This document shows, piece by piece, positions 1-9,662 of a stretch of 64,000 nucleotides of DNA (position 1 is the first letter of the stretch; every line of letters begins with the position of its first letter). The position numbers and the translations under genes were made by a program. The notes under the pieces are model-generated. The model worked only from the letters and a program-made list of their open reading frames with translations, did not search any database and was not told the DNA's origin. The stretch comes from Candidatus Tenderia sp. (GTDB lineage: Bacteria > Pseudomonadota > Gammaproteobacteria > Tenderiales > Tenderiaceae): the NCBI GenBank assembly GCA_031416075.1, contig JANOSY010000017.1, positions 1-64,000 on the forward strand. Direction: 5' to 3'.

Positions 1-114
1 AAGATTATGGAATTCATTGAGGTCCACAATACCGATCCAAAACCCTTTGTGTGGACAAAAACAACTGAAGCGATTTTAGAGAAAATCGGGCGTGCTAAGG
101 CTGCCTTGGTATGA
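1..114 (+). CDS. IS630-family transposase, 3' end (gene begins before the window)
   Basis: Frame 1 reads KIMEFIEVHNTDPKPFVWTKTTEAILEKIGRAKAALV*. HN..PKPFVWTK...IL..I.R is the typical IS630 C-terminus. Too short to appear in the ORF track. Confidence 0.85.
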   Translation, partial: KIMEFIEVHNTDPKPFVWTKTTEAILEKIGRAKAALV

Positions 115-140
115 GTATATTATTTGTTACGGTACACTAG
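1..140 (+). mobile_element. IS630-family element, right end
   Basis: The transposase stop is followed by TTATTTGTTACGGTACACTAG, ending in CTAG/TA as expected for an IS630 terminus and target. The exact boundary is uncertain by a few bp. Confidence 0.7.
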
Positions 141-700
141 CCTTTCCCTATCTTAGCTTTCAAGAATTACTAACATACTCAGTTGTCCCATTATTTGGAT
201 TTGCAATCTTTTCCCTAACCGGGATGTTATTTGGCGTCATCAATAACATCGCAAATCGATGCCAAGAAAGAAAAAAATGGCCCTTCATACTAGAAAATTT
301 TATATTAATTTCGATATGCGCATTAATCATCTACCAAGACTTACCCGAAAGGTGGGTGATTGTGCCAATGGTAACCTTCATATTGGTCATTCCGCATATC
401 CTCAACACATCAGCTCTCGAATCCGCCCGTCAAACCAATCCTCATCTTCTACTTTCAGTACTCCTCATAGTGTTCCTATCATTAGGATCATTCGGATACG
501 GTCGAACACAAGCTGAGCACTTAATTCGAAAGACCGAACCAAACACACAGTTAACTTTGGAGTCAGGAACTGAGTCTGGCAGGTTAATAGGGAAACTTGG
601 GGCGTACTATTTCTTCCTCAGCACATCAAGCAGAGTCAATGTGCTTTCAGAGCAATCAATAAAACGAATTGAGTACCTCAAAAAATTAAAAGCCAGCTAA
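137..700 (+). pseudogene. 3' remnant of an AT-rich multi-pass membrane protein gene interrupted by the IS630 element
   Basis: The first ~15 codons of ORF 92..700 lie inside the IS. From LAFPYLSF onward there are several hydrophobic helices plus a soluble C-terminal tail, with no native start. Confidence 0.6.
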
Positions 701-815
701 TTAACCCCGCATCTATGCCCCCGTTAATCTTGCCTCCTCCCTGATAATGGGCGATTGAGTGCACCCTACACTGGGCAGGGGCGGACGGCCAAAAGCCGTG
801 CTAAACTCCGCGCCC

Positions 816-2726
816 ATGCTGAACTTCAAACAATGCACTCTCAGACGCGGTAGCCGCGTTCTCTTCCAGGACGCCACCTTTACCATCCACCGCGGTGAGA
901 AGGTGGGTATCACGGGCGTTAATGGCTGCGGCAAATCGAGCCTGTTTGCACTGCTGCGCGGCGAGCTGCACGCCGACACCGGCGACTTTGAGATGCCACC
1001 CAAACTGGCCATCGCCCATGTGGCGCAGGAGACCCCGGCGCTGAGCAAGTCCGCGCTCGACTACGTGATCGACGGTGATGATGAGTTGCGAACAGTTGAG
1101 GCGGCACTGGCCCAGGCGGAGCATGATGACGACGGCAACCGCCAGGCGCTGCTGCATGCGCAGCTGGAGAACATCGGCGGTTACACGGCGCGCAACCGGG
1201 CGGCGCAGCTGCTCAGCGGTCTGGCCTTTCTGCCCGGCCAGGAGGAGTTGCCGGTGAGCAGCTTTTCCGGCGGCTGGCGCATGCGGCTGAATCTGGCCCA
1301 GGCGCTGATGTGCCGCTCTGAACTGCTGCTGCTCGATGAACCGACCAACCATCTCGATCTCGATGCGGTGATCTGGCTGCAACAGTGGCTCACCAGCTAT
1401 CCCGGCACGCTGCTGCTGATCTCCCATGACCGCGACTTTCTCGACGACGTCACCACCCATATCGCTCACATCGAACAGCAGGCGATTGAGATCTACACCG
1501 GCAACTACACCGCCTTTGAACGGCGCCGCGCCGAAAAGCTGGCGCAGCAACAGTCGGCCTTTCAACGTCAGCAGCGTGAAGTAGCCCACATTCAAAGTTA
1601 CATCAACCGTTTTCGCGCCCAGGCCACCAAGGCGCGTCAGGCGCAGAGCCGCATCAAGGCGCTGGAACGTATGGAGCTGATTGCGGCGGCCAATATCGAC
1701 TCGCCATTCAACTTCAGTTTTCGCGATCCGGAAAAGCTGCCCAGCCAGCTGCTGCAACTGAACAAGGTGAACATCGGTTATGGCGACAAGCCGATCCTCA
1801 GCAACGTCAAACTGCATATCAGCAGCGGCGACCGCATCGGCCTGCTGGGTGCCAACGGTGCCGGTAAATCAACGTTGATCAAACTGCTCTCCGGCAAGCT
1901 TGAGCCACTCAGTGGTGAGTTCGATACAGCACAAGATTTGAAACTGGGTTACTTCGCCCAGCACCAGCTGGAGCAGCTCGACCCCGAGGCGAGTGCGATG
2001 CAGCATCTGCTGCGGCTCGACGCTTCTATAGGAGGGCGGGCCACTGACGCAGATCTGCGCAGCTTCATCGGTGGTTTTGCCTTTAATGGCGACATGGCCA
2101 CCACGCCGATTGCGCCGTTCTCTGGTGGTGAAAAGGCGCGACTGGCACTGGCGCTGTTGGTCTATCAACGCCCCAACCTGCTGCTGCTCGATGAACCCAC
2201 CAACCATCTCGACCTGGAGATGCGCGAGGCACTCGGCATGGCGCTGCAAGATTACAAAGGTGCGCTGGTGGTGATCTCCCATGACCGCCACCTGCTGCGC
2301 AACGTCTGCGACACGCTGCTATTGGTAAAGGATGGCGCGGTGCAGGAGTACGACGGCGACCTTGATGATTATCGCCAGCTCATCACCGGCGCCAACCGCA
2401 CCAGCCCCACTGAAGATAAAAGTGTGGGCGACAACAGCAGCGCAGCCCGCAAAGATAAAAAACGGCTGGAGGCGGAACGTCGGCTACAGCTGAAACCACT
2501 GCGCGACAAGCTAAAAAAACTCGAGCAGCAGATGGAAAAGTTGCAAACGCAGAAGAGCGCGATTGAAGAGCAGCTGGCCGATCCTGCCATCTACGGCGAG
2601 GCCAACAAGCTCAAACTCAAAGAGCTACTGGCGCAGCAGATTCAGACCACTCAAACACTTGATCAGGTAGAGGGCGACTGGCTCGAAGCCGGCGAAACAC
2701 TGGAAGGGTTGGAGGGCGAGCTGTAG
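816..2726 (+). CDS. yheS: ABC-F family ATPase (YheS-like)
   Basis: Two ABC cassettes (GVNGCGKS, FSGGWRMRLNLAQAL, LLLDEPTNHLD; GANGAGKS, FSGGEKARLAL), no TM segments, C-terminal coiled coil. ATG at 816. Confidence 0.9.
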   Translation: MLNFKQCTLRRGSRVLFQDATFTIHRGEKVGITGVNGCGKSSLFALLRGELHADTGDFEMPPKLAIAHVAQETPALSKSALDYVIDGDDELRTVEAALAQAEHDDDGNRQALLHAQLENIGGYTARNRAAQLLSGLAFLPGQEELPVSSFSGGWRMRLNLAQALMCRSELLLLDEPTNHLDLDAVIWLQQWLTSYPGTLLLISHDRDFLDDVTTHIAHIEQQAIEIYTGNYTAFERRRAEKLAQQQSAFQRQQREVAHIQSYINRFRAQATKARQAQSRIKALERMELIAAANIDSPFNFSFRDPEKLPSQLLQLNKVNIGYGDKPILSNVKLHISSGDRIGLLGANGAGKSTLIKLLSGKLEPLSGEFDTAQDLKLGYFAQHQLEQLDPEASAMQHLLRLDASIGGRATDADLRSFIGGFAFNGDMATTPIAPFSGGEKARLALALLVYQRPNLLLLDEPTNHLDLEMREALGMALQDYKGALVVISHDRHLLRNVCDTLLLVKDGAVQEYDGDLDDYRQLITGANRTSPTEDKSVGDNSSAARKDKKRLEAERRLQLKPLRDKLKKLEQQMEKLQTQKSAIEEQLADPAIYGEANKLKLKELLAQQIQTTQTLDQVEGDWLEAGETLEGLEGEL

Positions 2727-2783
2727 GATCCGCCCAACAGCTGCTAACCTATTCGCACCGCCATCCATACAAGACCAAACACC

Positions 2784-3506
2784 ATGAAACCAATCTACAT
2801 CTTCCGCCACACGCCCCCTGAAGGACCCGGTTATTTTGGTGCGTTTCTGGATCGCCAGCAGATCCCCTACCAGGTGATCGGCGTTGATATTGGCGAGGCC
2901 CTTCCCACGTCACTGGATGAAACCAGCGCACTGGTCTTTATGGGCGGGCCGATGAGCGTCAATGATGCCCTGCCGTGGATCGAACCGGAACTGGCGCTGA
3001 TCCGCCAGGCGGTTGCCTGCAACATGCCGGTACTCGGCCACTGCCTAGGCGGCCAACTCATCAGCAAGGCATTGGGCGGCACCATTCAAGCCAATCCAGT
3101 CAAAGAGTTTGGCTGGTTTGATGTGATGCAACACAACAGCGCGGCAGCACAATCATGGCTCAGTAATCTGCCACAGCAGTTCCCCGTCTTTCACTGGCAC
3201 GGCGAGAGCTTCAGTCCGCCCAGTGGCGCCGATCTCATCCTCAGCAGTGCGGGCTGCCGCCACCAGGCCTTTGTCATCGGCAATACCCTGGCGTTGCAGT
3301 GCCATGTGGAGATGACGGCGGCGATGGTGCGCGAGTGGGCCGAACTCGAACCAGACGCCATCGCTCTCGCCACCCCCACCATCCAGAGCTGGGCGCAGAT
3401 GAGCGAACAGCTGGAGGCACGGGTAGAGACCCTGCAACAGCACGCTGACCGACTCTATTTACGCTGGCTGCAACCGCTGCTGGCAACAACCAACCACCAC
3501 TCTTAA
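2784..3506 (+). CDS. Type 1 glutamine amidotransferase
   Basis: GGPMSVND, catalytic G-H-C-L-G-G-Q, FHWHGESF and LQCHVE motifs. Confidence 0.9.
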   Translation: MKPIYIFRHTPPEGPGYFGAFLDRQQIPYQVIGVDIGEALPTSLDETSALVFMGGPMSVNDALPWIEPELALIRQAVACNMPVLGHCLGGQLISKALGGTIQANPVKEFGWFDVMQHNSAAAQSWLSNLPQQFPVFHWHGESFSPPSGADLILSSAGCRHQAFVIGNTLALQCHVEMTAAMVREWAELEPDAIALATPTIQSWAQMSEQLEARVETLQQHADRLYLRWLQPLLATTNHHS

Positions 3507-3524
3507 CTCTACAAAGGTAACCCG

Positions 3525-3851
3525 ATGAAATTTCCCAAAGATGAAAATGGCGAGCTGTTACGCGAGATGCACGAAGCGGGCATCGATCTGACAGAGCCGC
3601 GCAATATCGAATTTTTTGCCTTCTTCAGCACCAAAAAAGATGCCGAGGCGATGGTGGCAGCGCTGGCCAGCGACAGCGACGTGGTTAATACATCACTGGA
3701 ACACAATGAGATTCAGGATGACTGGGATCTCTGCTGTTCCATTCAGATGGTGCCGAGCCATGCAGCGATCACCCTGCGTGAACTCTCATTCACCAAGCTG
3801 GCCGAAAAACATAACGGTGAAAGTGATGGTTGGGGTGTGATGGAAGAGTAA
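3525..3851 (+). CDS. RraB-domain protein (regulator of ribonuclease activity B family)
   Basis: FP.DENG..L..M...G.DL...R.IEF at the N-terminus and GESDGWG at the C-terminus. Confidence 0.8.
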   Translation: MKFPKDENGELLREMHEAGIDLTEPRNIEFFAFFSTKKDAEAMVAALASDSDVVNTSLEHNEIQDDWDLCCSIQMVPSHAAITLRELSFTKLAEKHNGESDGWGVMEE

Positions 3852-3865
3852 CGACCGCTACTACC

Positions 3866-3901
3866 AACTCCCCCGCTCAGCGCCTTGGGCGCGGGGGAGT
3901 T
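3866..3901. terminator. GC-rich hairpin between convergent genes
   Basis: 11-bp inverted repeat AACTCCCCCGC...GCGGGGGAGTT. Confidence 0.6.
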
Positions 3902-3947
3902 AATCAGAATCCTGTTTGATATATAGACGCCTTTATATAGAGTTGCG

Positions 3948-5372
3948 CTACTTCGGTTGCATCTTCAACTTCACCAGATCCAACCTGTTGCCCAACTCGG
4001 GCTGAAACAGCTGCTGCGCGCCATGCTCTTGCAGACGACTGGCAAGCACCTCCATCGCCTCCGGCTCACCATGTACCAGCGCTACCGGCGGTTGATCACG
4101 GAAATTGCTATACCACTTCACCAACCCCTCGCCATCGGCATGAGCCGAAAAACCACCGATGGTATGGATATGGGCGGCAACGTTGATCGTCTCACCCCAA
4201 AGGTTGATCTGTTTAGCGCCATCCACCAGCTGCCGCCCCAACGTGCCACGCGCCTGAAAGCCGACAATCAGCAGGTGGCAGTCGCGGCGCCAGATGTTGT
4301 GTTTGAGATGGTGTTTGATACGGCCGCCGGTACACATGCCGCTACCGGCGATGATGATGGCGCCACTCTCGATGGTGTTGATGTTCATCGACTCCGCCGG
4401 GGTGCGACTAATGTGCAGATTGCTGGGCATGAAGGGGTTGCCGTTGGAACGTTGGAAGGCAAGCGCCTCTTTGTCGTACAGATTGCTGTGTTTGGTATAG
4501 ACCTCGGTCGCCTCGATCGCCATCGGGCTGTCAAGGAAGATGCTCCAGCGCTCCATCTGCCACGCCTCAAAATTACGGTTAAAGGCGTAGAGCAGCTCCT
4601 GGGTGCGGCCCACGGCGAAGGCGGGGATCAATACATTGCTGCGCTGATTTTTGGCGCTGGTGATCACCTGCTCCAGCTCGGTCCAGGTGGCATCCCAGGA
4701 ACGGTGCAGGCGATTACCATAGGTGCTCTCCATGATCACCAGATCGGCCTCGTCCACCATGGTGGGATCACGCAGGATCGGCGCACCGCGATGGCCGAGG
4801 TCGCCGCTGAAGACCAGTTTACGCTCGACGCCGTTGTGTTCCAACCACAGCTCGGCAATGGCGGAACCGAGGATGTGACCAGCATCACGCAGCCGTAGCG
4901 CCACCCCCGGCAGGAGCTCGATACGTTTGTCGTATTCAAGACTCTCAAACTGATTCATCACCGCCCGCGCATCGTCGATGGTGTAGAGCGGCTCCCGCAG
5001 CGGCAGATGTTTGCGCTGCCGTTTGCGGTTCTCCCACTCGCTCTCCTTTTCGTTGAGATAGGCGGAGTCGACCAGCATGATGGCGCAGAGGTCACGACTG
5101 GCGGCATGGGTATAGATCTGCCCTGTGTAGCCCGATTTGGAGAGCAGCGGCAGGCGGCCGGAGTGGTCGATGTGGGCGTGGGTCAATACCACGGCATCAA
5201 TCTTATGTACATCAAACGGAAACGGGGTGGCGTTACGCGCCTCATCCTCGGGCGAACCCTGAATCATGCCGCAGTCGACCAGCAGCCGTTTGTCACCCAC
5301 CGTCAGCAGATAACAGGAGCCGGTCACCTCGCGGGCGGCGCCAAAGAATTCCAGGGTGATATAGGCTGTCAT
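3948..5372 (-). CDS. MBL-fold beta-CASP ribonuclease
   Basis: GAAREVTGSC, LTHAHIDHSGRLP, AGHILGSA, MESTYG, FSAHAD and VHGE motifs. Confidence 0.92.
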   Translation of the reverse strand: MTAYITLEFFGAAREVTGSCYLLTVGDKRLLVDCGMIQGSPEDEARNATPFPFDVHKIDAVVLTHAHIDHSGRLPLLSKSGYTGQIYTHAASRDLCAIMLVDSAYLNEKESEWENRKRQRKHLPLREPLYTIDDARAVMNQFESLEYDKRIELLPGVALRLRDAGHILGSAIAELWLEHNGVERKLVFSGDLGHRGAPILRDPTMVDEADLVIMESTYGNRLHRSWDATWTELEQVITSAKNQRSNVLIPAFAVGRTQELLYAFNRNFEAWQMERWSIFLDSPMAIEATEVYTKHSNLYDKEALAFQRSNGNPFMPSNLHISRTPAESMNINTIESGAIIIAGSGMCTGGRIKHHLKHNIWRRDCHLLIVGFQARGTLGRQLVDGAKQINLWGETINVAAHIHTIGGFSAHADGEGLVKWYSNFRDQPPVALVHGEPEAMEVLASRLQEHGAQQLFQPELGNRLDLVKLKMQPK

Positions 5373-5455
5373 GCTCTTCTCCTTATTTGTATTGTTATAG
5401 CGCGCCCTTTGTTAGATCCGCCGCAATACAAAACTTTGCTTATAACCTGTTACCG

Positions 5456-6001
5456 TCACTCAGCCGGGGTCTTTTCTGCCTCTTCCAGAATGCGTACCAC
5501 CTCCGCCCGATTGGGTTCGTTGGGATTTTTCGCCTGCCCTATGCGGGCCAAGTCCAACGGCGTCAAACCCTCGGTATCACGCATATCAGCACGCGCGCCG
5601 TGCCGCAACAGTATCTTTACTCGTGCCGCTTCACCCTCCAATGCCAAGGCATGCAGGACGGTCCGGTGCTTCCAGTTTTCAGCCACGGCGTTGATATCCA
5701 CGCCCTGGGCCATGAACAGCAATAGCATCTTTTCAGCCTCTTCCAGATCTTCTGGCCTGAGCGCAAATATCATACCGATCTCACGATTGAGTGCCACGAC
5801 ATGCTCGGGCTTGAAGCTGCTGTGCAGCAACACTTGTTTACAGGTCCAGGCGAATAAGGGGCGCTCTACTTCCACGCACGCTAGCAACAACGAGGGGGTA
5901 TACTTCCGTGTTTCAAAAACCACAACCCCGTAGAGTCCGATTACGCCCGCCACGATAATGCCCAGGCCCCAGGCGGCGATACGTTTGAATCTCATGTTCA
6001 T
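5456..6001 (-). CDS. Membrane-anchored ankyrin-repeat protein
   Basis: N-terminal TM helix and ankyrin motifs GVDINA..TVLHALA..VKILLRHGA..GLTPLDLA. Confidence 0.8.
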   Translation of the reverse strand: MNMRFKRIAAWGLGIIVAGVIGLYGVVVFETRKYTPSLLLACVEVERPLFAWTCKQVLLHSSFKPEHVVALNREIGMIFALRPEDLEEAEKMLLLFMAQGVDINAVAENWKHRTVLHALALEGEAARVKILLRHGARADMRDTEGLTPLDLARIGQAKNPNEPNRAEVVRILEEAEKTPAE

Positions 6002-6444
6002 GACCAGAGGATTCTGGGGACTGGTTGTGCGTGGACATAAAACGTAGACCCCCCCGGTTTAAGCGCAACGCCATTTTTCAGTTCTCCCAGCCTGGTCTTG
6101 AGGATGGATACGGCGACCCCTTGGCGAATGGGTTCATAGATTCGCACGTCTTTCAAATCCTGCGGTCGTGTGTGTTTCCACCAATGGCGGGTGAAATTGC
6201 GTGCCAGCCGCTTTGCCAGTTCGCCAATGCCTTTACCGGGGCGGGTAACGCTTTTAATCAGCTTATCAAGATAACTCATGGCGTAGGTGCCATCGATGGC
6301 CGCGATCAAGGCAGTCTGGGCGAGGCGGCGCGCATCGTTGGGCCAGAAGAACTTGAGTATCTGCCGGGTTTCTGCTTCGTTATAGATGAGTTCGCGGTCA
6401 GCGAGGTTTGGGACGTTGATGAGGATACTTCCCATGTTTTTCAC
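5998..6444 (-). CDS. Hypothetical basic protein, translationally coupled to the ankyrin gene
   Basis: 148-aa ORF with AAGGTG RBS; its stop overlaps the next start (ATGA). Confidence 0.6.
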   Translation of the reverse strand: MKNMGSILINVPNLADRELIYNEAETRQILKFFWPNDARRLAQTALIAAIDGTYAMSYLDKLIKSVTRPGKGIGELAKRLARNFTRHWWKHTRPQDLKDVRIYEPIRQGVAVSILKTRLGELKNGVALKPGGSTFYVHAQPVPRILWS

Positions 6445-6677
6445 CTTATTTGCGCCATTGGCAGTGTCAGGGGCGATTCAAAAATCACGCTTGATTGCTG
6501 GAACAACCTGCTGGAGTCTACTGAAAAGGGATGTGCGTGGCTACATTCGTGCTTTTATGAATGTCTGCCGTGCGCCGACACTCCCGCCAGCACCAGAAAC
6601 GCCGCCGCGCCAAAGGCGGTATTGGCGACTCGCGGCTCCGGCGGTAATGTGCTGCACAACCGGGCAACCCCTCCCCC

Positions 6678-6705
6678 TCAAGATTCCCCCGCTCACTGTC
6701 GTTAC
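6678..6705 (+). promoter_or_regulatory. Possible sigma28 (FliA) promoter of the chemoreceptor
   Basis: TCAAG-N15-GTCGTTAC loosely resembles TCAAG/TAAA...GCCGATAA upstream of an MCP gene. Confidence 0.3.
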
Positions 6706-6771
6706 TAATGCTCAGAGAGGTCATCACCAACAACAGCGTCTGCACCAACCGGGTACTCAGAGGTCTTCGTC

Positions 6772-8328
6772 ATGAAAACAAATCTACCTGTTACCAACCG
6801 CGAACGTAAATTTGGAGAGCAGGTCCGCCTGATCTCCACCACCGACGCCAAGGGCAGCGTAACGACCTTCAATAATGAGTTTCTCGAAATCAGCGGTTTT
6901 GATAAAGACGACCTGTTAGGCAAAAACCATAATGTGGTACGCCACCCCGACATGCCACCGGAAGCCTTTGCCGACCTCTGGCACACCACCAAACATGGCC
7001 AGTCGTGGATGGGCATCGTTAAAAATCGTTGCAAAAACGGTGACTACTATTGGGTTGACGCCTTTGTCTCACCCATCAGTGACAAGGGCCAGATTAACGA
7101 ATACCAGTCGGTACGTTCCAAGCCCTCTGCCGAACGGGTCAAACGGGCCGAAGAGGCCTACAAAAAAATAAACAACAAAAAAAAGGTCTTTCGTGCAGGA
7201 CTCTCATTCAAAACACGCCTCAATATCGCCTTTGCCATCGCACTGCTACCGCTGCTGCTCACTGCCCTCACCGCTCCTCAATACACTCTCATTGGCGCAC
7301 TGCTCACCCTGGTGCTGGGCGGCGGGCTTATCTCCTGGCAGTTGAGCCCACTAAAAAGCCTGGTAGAAGAGTCTCGCCAGATCATCGACAACCCACTTGC
7401 ACAACATATCTACACCGGCCGCAGTGACGAGTTTGGCCAAATCATGTTGACGCAAAAAATGGTGCGATCACAGCTGAACGCAGTTGTCGCTCGCCTTGAC
7501 TTCTCCAGCGACGTTCTCAACATCACCGCCAACAGCACCAGCGTCATTGCCCAAAAATCGCGTCACTACATCGCCGAACAACAGCGATCCATTGAAGAGA
7601 CCGCCAGCGCCATCACCCAGATGAGCGCCGCCGTGATGGAGGTGGCCAGAAACGCCCAGGCGACCGCCAAGGCGACCCACGATGCCGACAGCGACATCAA
7701 CAAAGGACGCCACATAGTCTCCAGTACCATTGACGCCATTAATGATCTGACCGAAGAGATCATCAACACCACCGAAATCATCAACCGCCTCGGCGATGAC
7801 AGCCAAGCGATCAGTGGCGTGCTCGACGTCATCCGCAACATTGCCGAACAGACCAATCTACTGGCACTCAACGCCGCCATCGAAGCAGCCCGTGCCGGTG
7901 AACAGGGGCGTGGTTTTGCCGTGGTTGCCGATGAAGTGCGCACCCTGGCAGTCCGCACCCAGGCCTCCATCGCAGAAATAGAAGAGATGATCGGCCAGGT
8001 TCAGACCAGTACCAAGGCCGCCACCCAAGCGATGGAGCAGAGCTGCGCCAAGGCACAACACAGCAGCAAACAGTCAGCCACCATCTCCGACTTCCTTAAT
8101 ACCATCACCACCTCAGTCAATACCATCACCAGCATGACCCTGCAGATAGCCAACGCCTCTGAGCAGCAGAGTACTGCCTCAGCAGAGATCAAAAACAACA
8201 TCGACCACATCAGCGATCAGGCCGAACAGTCCGTCGCCATCATGGCTGAAAACAGTACCATCAGCCAGGAGCTCACCGGCCTCTCAACACAGCTCAAAAC
8301 CATGGTCAGACAGTTCCAGAAAATCTAA
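6772..8328 (+). CDS. aer: PAS-domain methyl-accepting chemotaxis protein (Aer-like aerotaxis receptor)
   Basis: MKTNLPVT..E start, PAS motifs [15 protein letters not shown] and [13 protein letters not shown], a TM hairpin, and the MCP signature [34 protein letters not shown]. Confidence 0.9.
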   Translation: MKTNLPVTNRERKFGEQVRLISTTDAKGSVTTFNNEFLEISGFDKDDLLGKNHNVVRHPDMPPEAFADLWHTTKHGQSWMGIVKNRCKNGDYYWVDAFVSPISDKGQINEYQSVRSKPSAERVKRAEEAYKKINNKKKVFRAGLSFKTRLNIAFAIALLPLLLTALTAPQYTLIGALLTLVLGGGLISWQLSPLKSLVEESRQIIDNPLAQHIYTGRSDEFGQIMLTQKMVRSQLNAVVARLDFSSDVLNITANSTSVIAQKSRHYIAEQQRSIEETASAITQMSAAVMEVARNAQATAKATHDADSDINKGRHIVSSTIDAINDLTEEIINTTEIINRLGDDSQAISGVLDVIRNIAEQTNLLALNAAIEAARAGEQGRGFAVVADEVRTLAVRTQASIAEIEEMIGQVQTSTKAATQAMEQSCAKAQHSSKQSATISDFLNTITTSVNTITSMTLQIANASEQQSTASAEIKNNIDHISDQAEQSVAIMAENSTISQELTGLSTQLKTMVRQFQKI

Positions 8329-8387
8329 GAGGCTCCCCCTGATGGGAGAGTGGGTTAGAATGACGGTTTTTGGATTGTTCAATCGCC

Positions 8388-9536
8388 ATGACTAGCTATT
8401 TCATTGATAATCATCAGACTCTTGCCCAGTTCTGCCAGCAGCTCAGCGGCAGCCCCTTTATCGCCGTTGATACCGAGTTTGTCCGTGAACGTACCTACTA
8501 CCCGCAGCTGGCGCTGATCCAGATCTCCAACGGCGAACTGATCGCCTGCATCGACCCGCTAGCCATTGATGACCTGACACCACTCAAAACACTCTTTGCC
8601 GACCCGAACACCACCAAGGTATTCCACGCCTGTAGCCAGGATATGGAGGTCTTCTACCACCTCTTTGGTGAACTGCCGACACCCCTTTACGACACCCAGG
8701 TCGCCGCCACCCTGCAAGGGCTGGGCGACCAGATCGGCTACGCCGCACTGGTACAGGAGATGCTCAACGTCGAGCTGGACAAGTCCCACTCCCGCACCGA
8801 CTGGCTGCAGCGCCCGCTCAGCGACAAACAGATCAGCTACGCCGAAGATGATGTGCGCTATCTGGCCCAGCTCTACCCAATGCAGCGCAAACAGCTGGAA
8901 ACACAAGGGCGTCTGGCGTGGCTCGATGATGACCTCGCCCTGATCAGCGACATCAACCGCTACCGCCCCAACCCCGCTGGCGCTTGGCTACGGGTCAAAG
9001 GGATCAACAAGCTACGCGGGCTACAGCTGGCAGTACTGGAAAAACTGGGCGTCTGGCGCGAAGAGCGGGCCATGGAAAAAGATCAGCCGCGCCGCCGTAT
9101 CGCCAGTGACGAGACCCTGCTCGACATCGCCAAGCTACGTCCCAAAAGCCTGCAAGCACTGGCCAAACTGCGCGACATGCCCGAATCACTGGTCAACAAA
9201 CAGGGCGAAGCACTGATCAAATGCATCACCGACGCCGAAGCGATGCCCAAAGAGTCCTGGCCAAAACTCAACCTGCCACAGCGGCTCGACAGCGCACAAG
9301 AGGCGCTAGTAGATGCACTCCAGGCGATCATGAAACTCAACGCCCAGCAGTATCAGATCAACATCACCACCCTCACCAGCCGCAAAGAGTTGGATGAGCT
9401 GGTGCGTGGTGAGCGTAATCTACCAATCCTGCAGGGGTGGCGTCGCCACCACGGCGGCGAGCAGCTGCTGGAATTCATGGAAGGCAAAAGTCAGCTTCAG
9501 GCCAGTAATAAAGGGTTGGTGCTGGTCAGGCAGTAG
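8388..9536 (+). CDS. rnd: Ribonuclease D
   Basis: AVDTEFVRERTYYPQLALIQ, DTQVAA, RTDWLQRPLS..Q..YA..DV, HRDC domain and C-terminal GWR. Confidence 0.95.
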   Translation: MTSYFIDNHQTLAQFCQQLSGSPFIAVDTEFVRERTYYPQLALIQISNGELIACIDPLAIDDLTPLKTLFADPNTTKVFHACSQDMEVFYHLFGELPTPLYDTQVAATLQGLGDQIGYAALVQEMLNVELDKSHSRTDWLQRPLSDKQISYAEDDVRYLAQLYPMQRKQLETQGRLAWLDDDLALISDINRYRPNPAGAWLRVKGINKLRGLQLAVLEKLGVWREERAMEKDQPRRRIASDETLLDIAKLRPKSLQALAKLRDMPESLVNKQGEALIKCITDAEAMPKESWPKLNLPQRLDSAQEALVDALQAIMKLNAQQYQINITTLTSRKELDELVRGERNLPILQGWRRHHGGEQLLEFMEGKSQLQASNKGLVLVRQ

Positions 9537-9555
9537 GGTGATCTTGACCAGATTC

Positions 9556-9581
9556 CGCGTGGGCACAAAAGCGTGCCCTAC
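9556..9581. repeat. REP-like palindrome
   Basis: CGCGTGGGCACAAAAGCGTGCCCTAC has a GGGCAC/GTGCCC stem ending in CTAC (GTAG-type REP). Related copies occur at about 33801-33858 and 40560-40643. Confidence 0.55.
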
Positions 9582-9662
9582 TTGGCGGGAGTTTATGGAG
9601 GGCAAAAGCTAGTTACAGGCCAGCAGCACGGGGCTGGTGCGGATCAAACAGCAGGGCGCGGT

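Noticed and set aside
5385-5398. TAACAATACAAAT on the minus strand, identical to part of the attC-like site at ~13976
   Set aside because: Here it overlaps a plausible -10 box and RBS of the beta-CASP gene and has no attC arm, so it is probably coincidental.
801-5933. Long antisense ORFs (801..1817, 3957..4898, 5007..5933) and similar shadow ORFs elsewhere
   Set aside because: They lie opposite well-supported genes, have no recognisable motifs, and are expected in GC-rich coding DNA.
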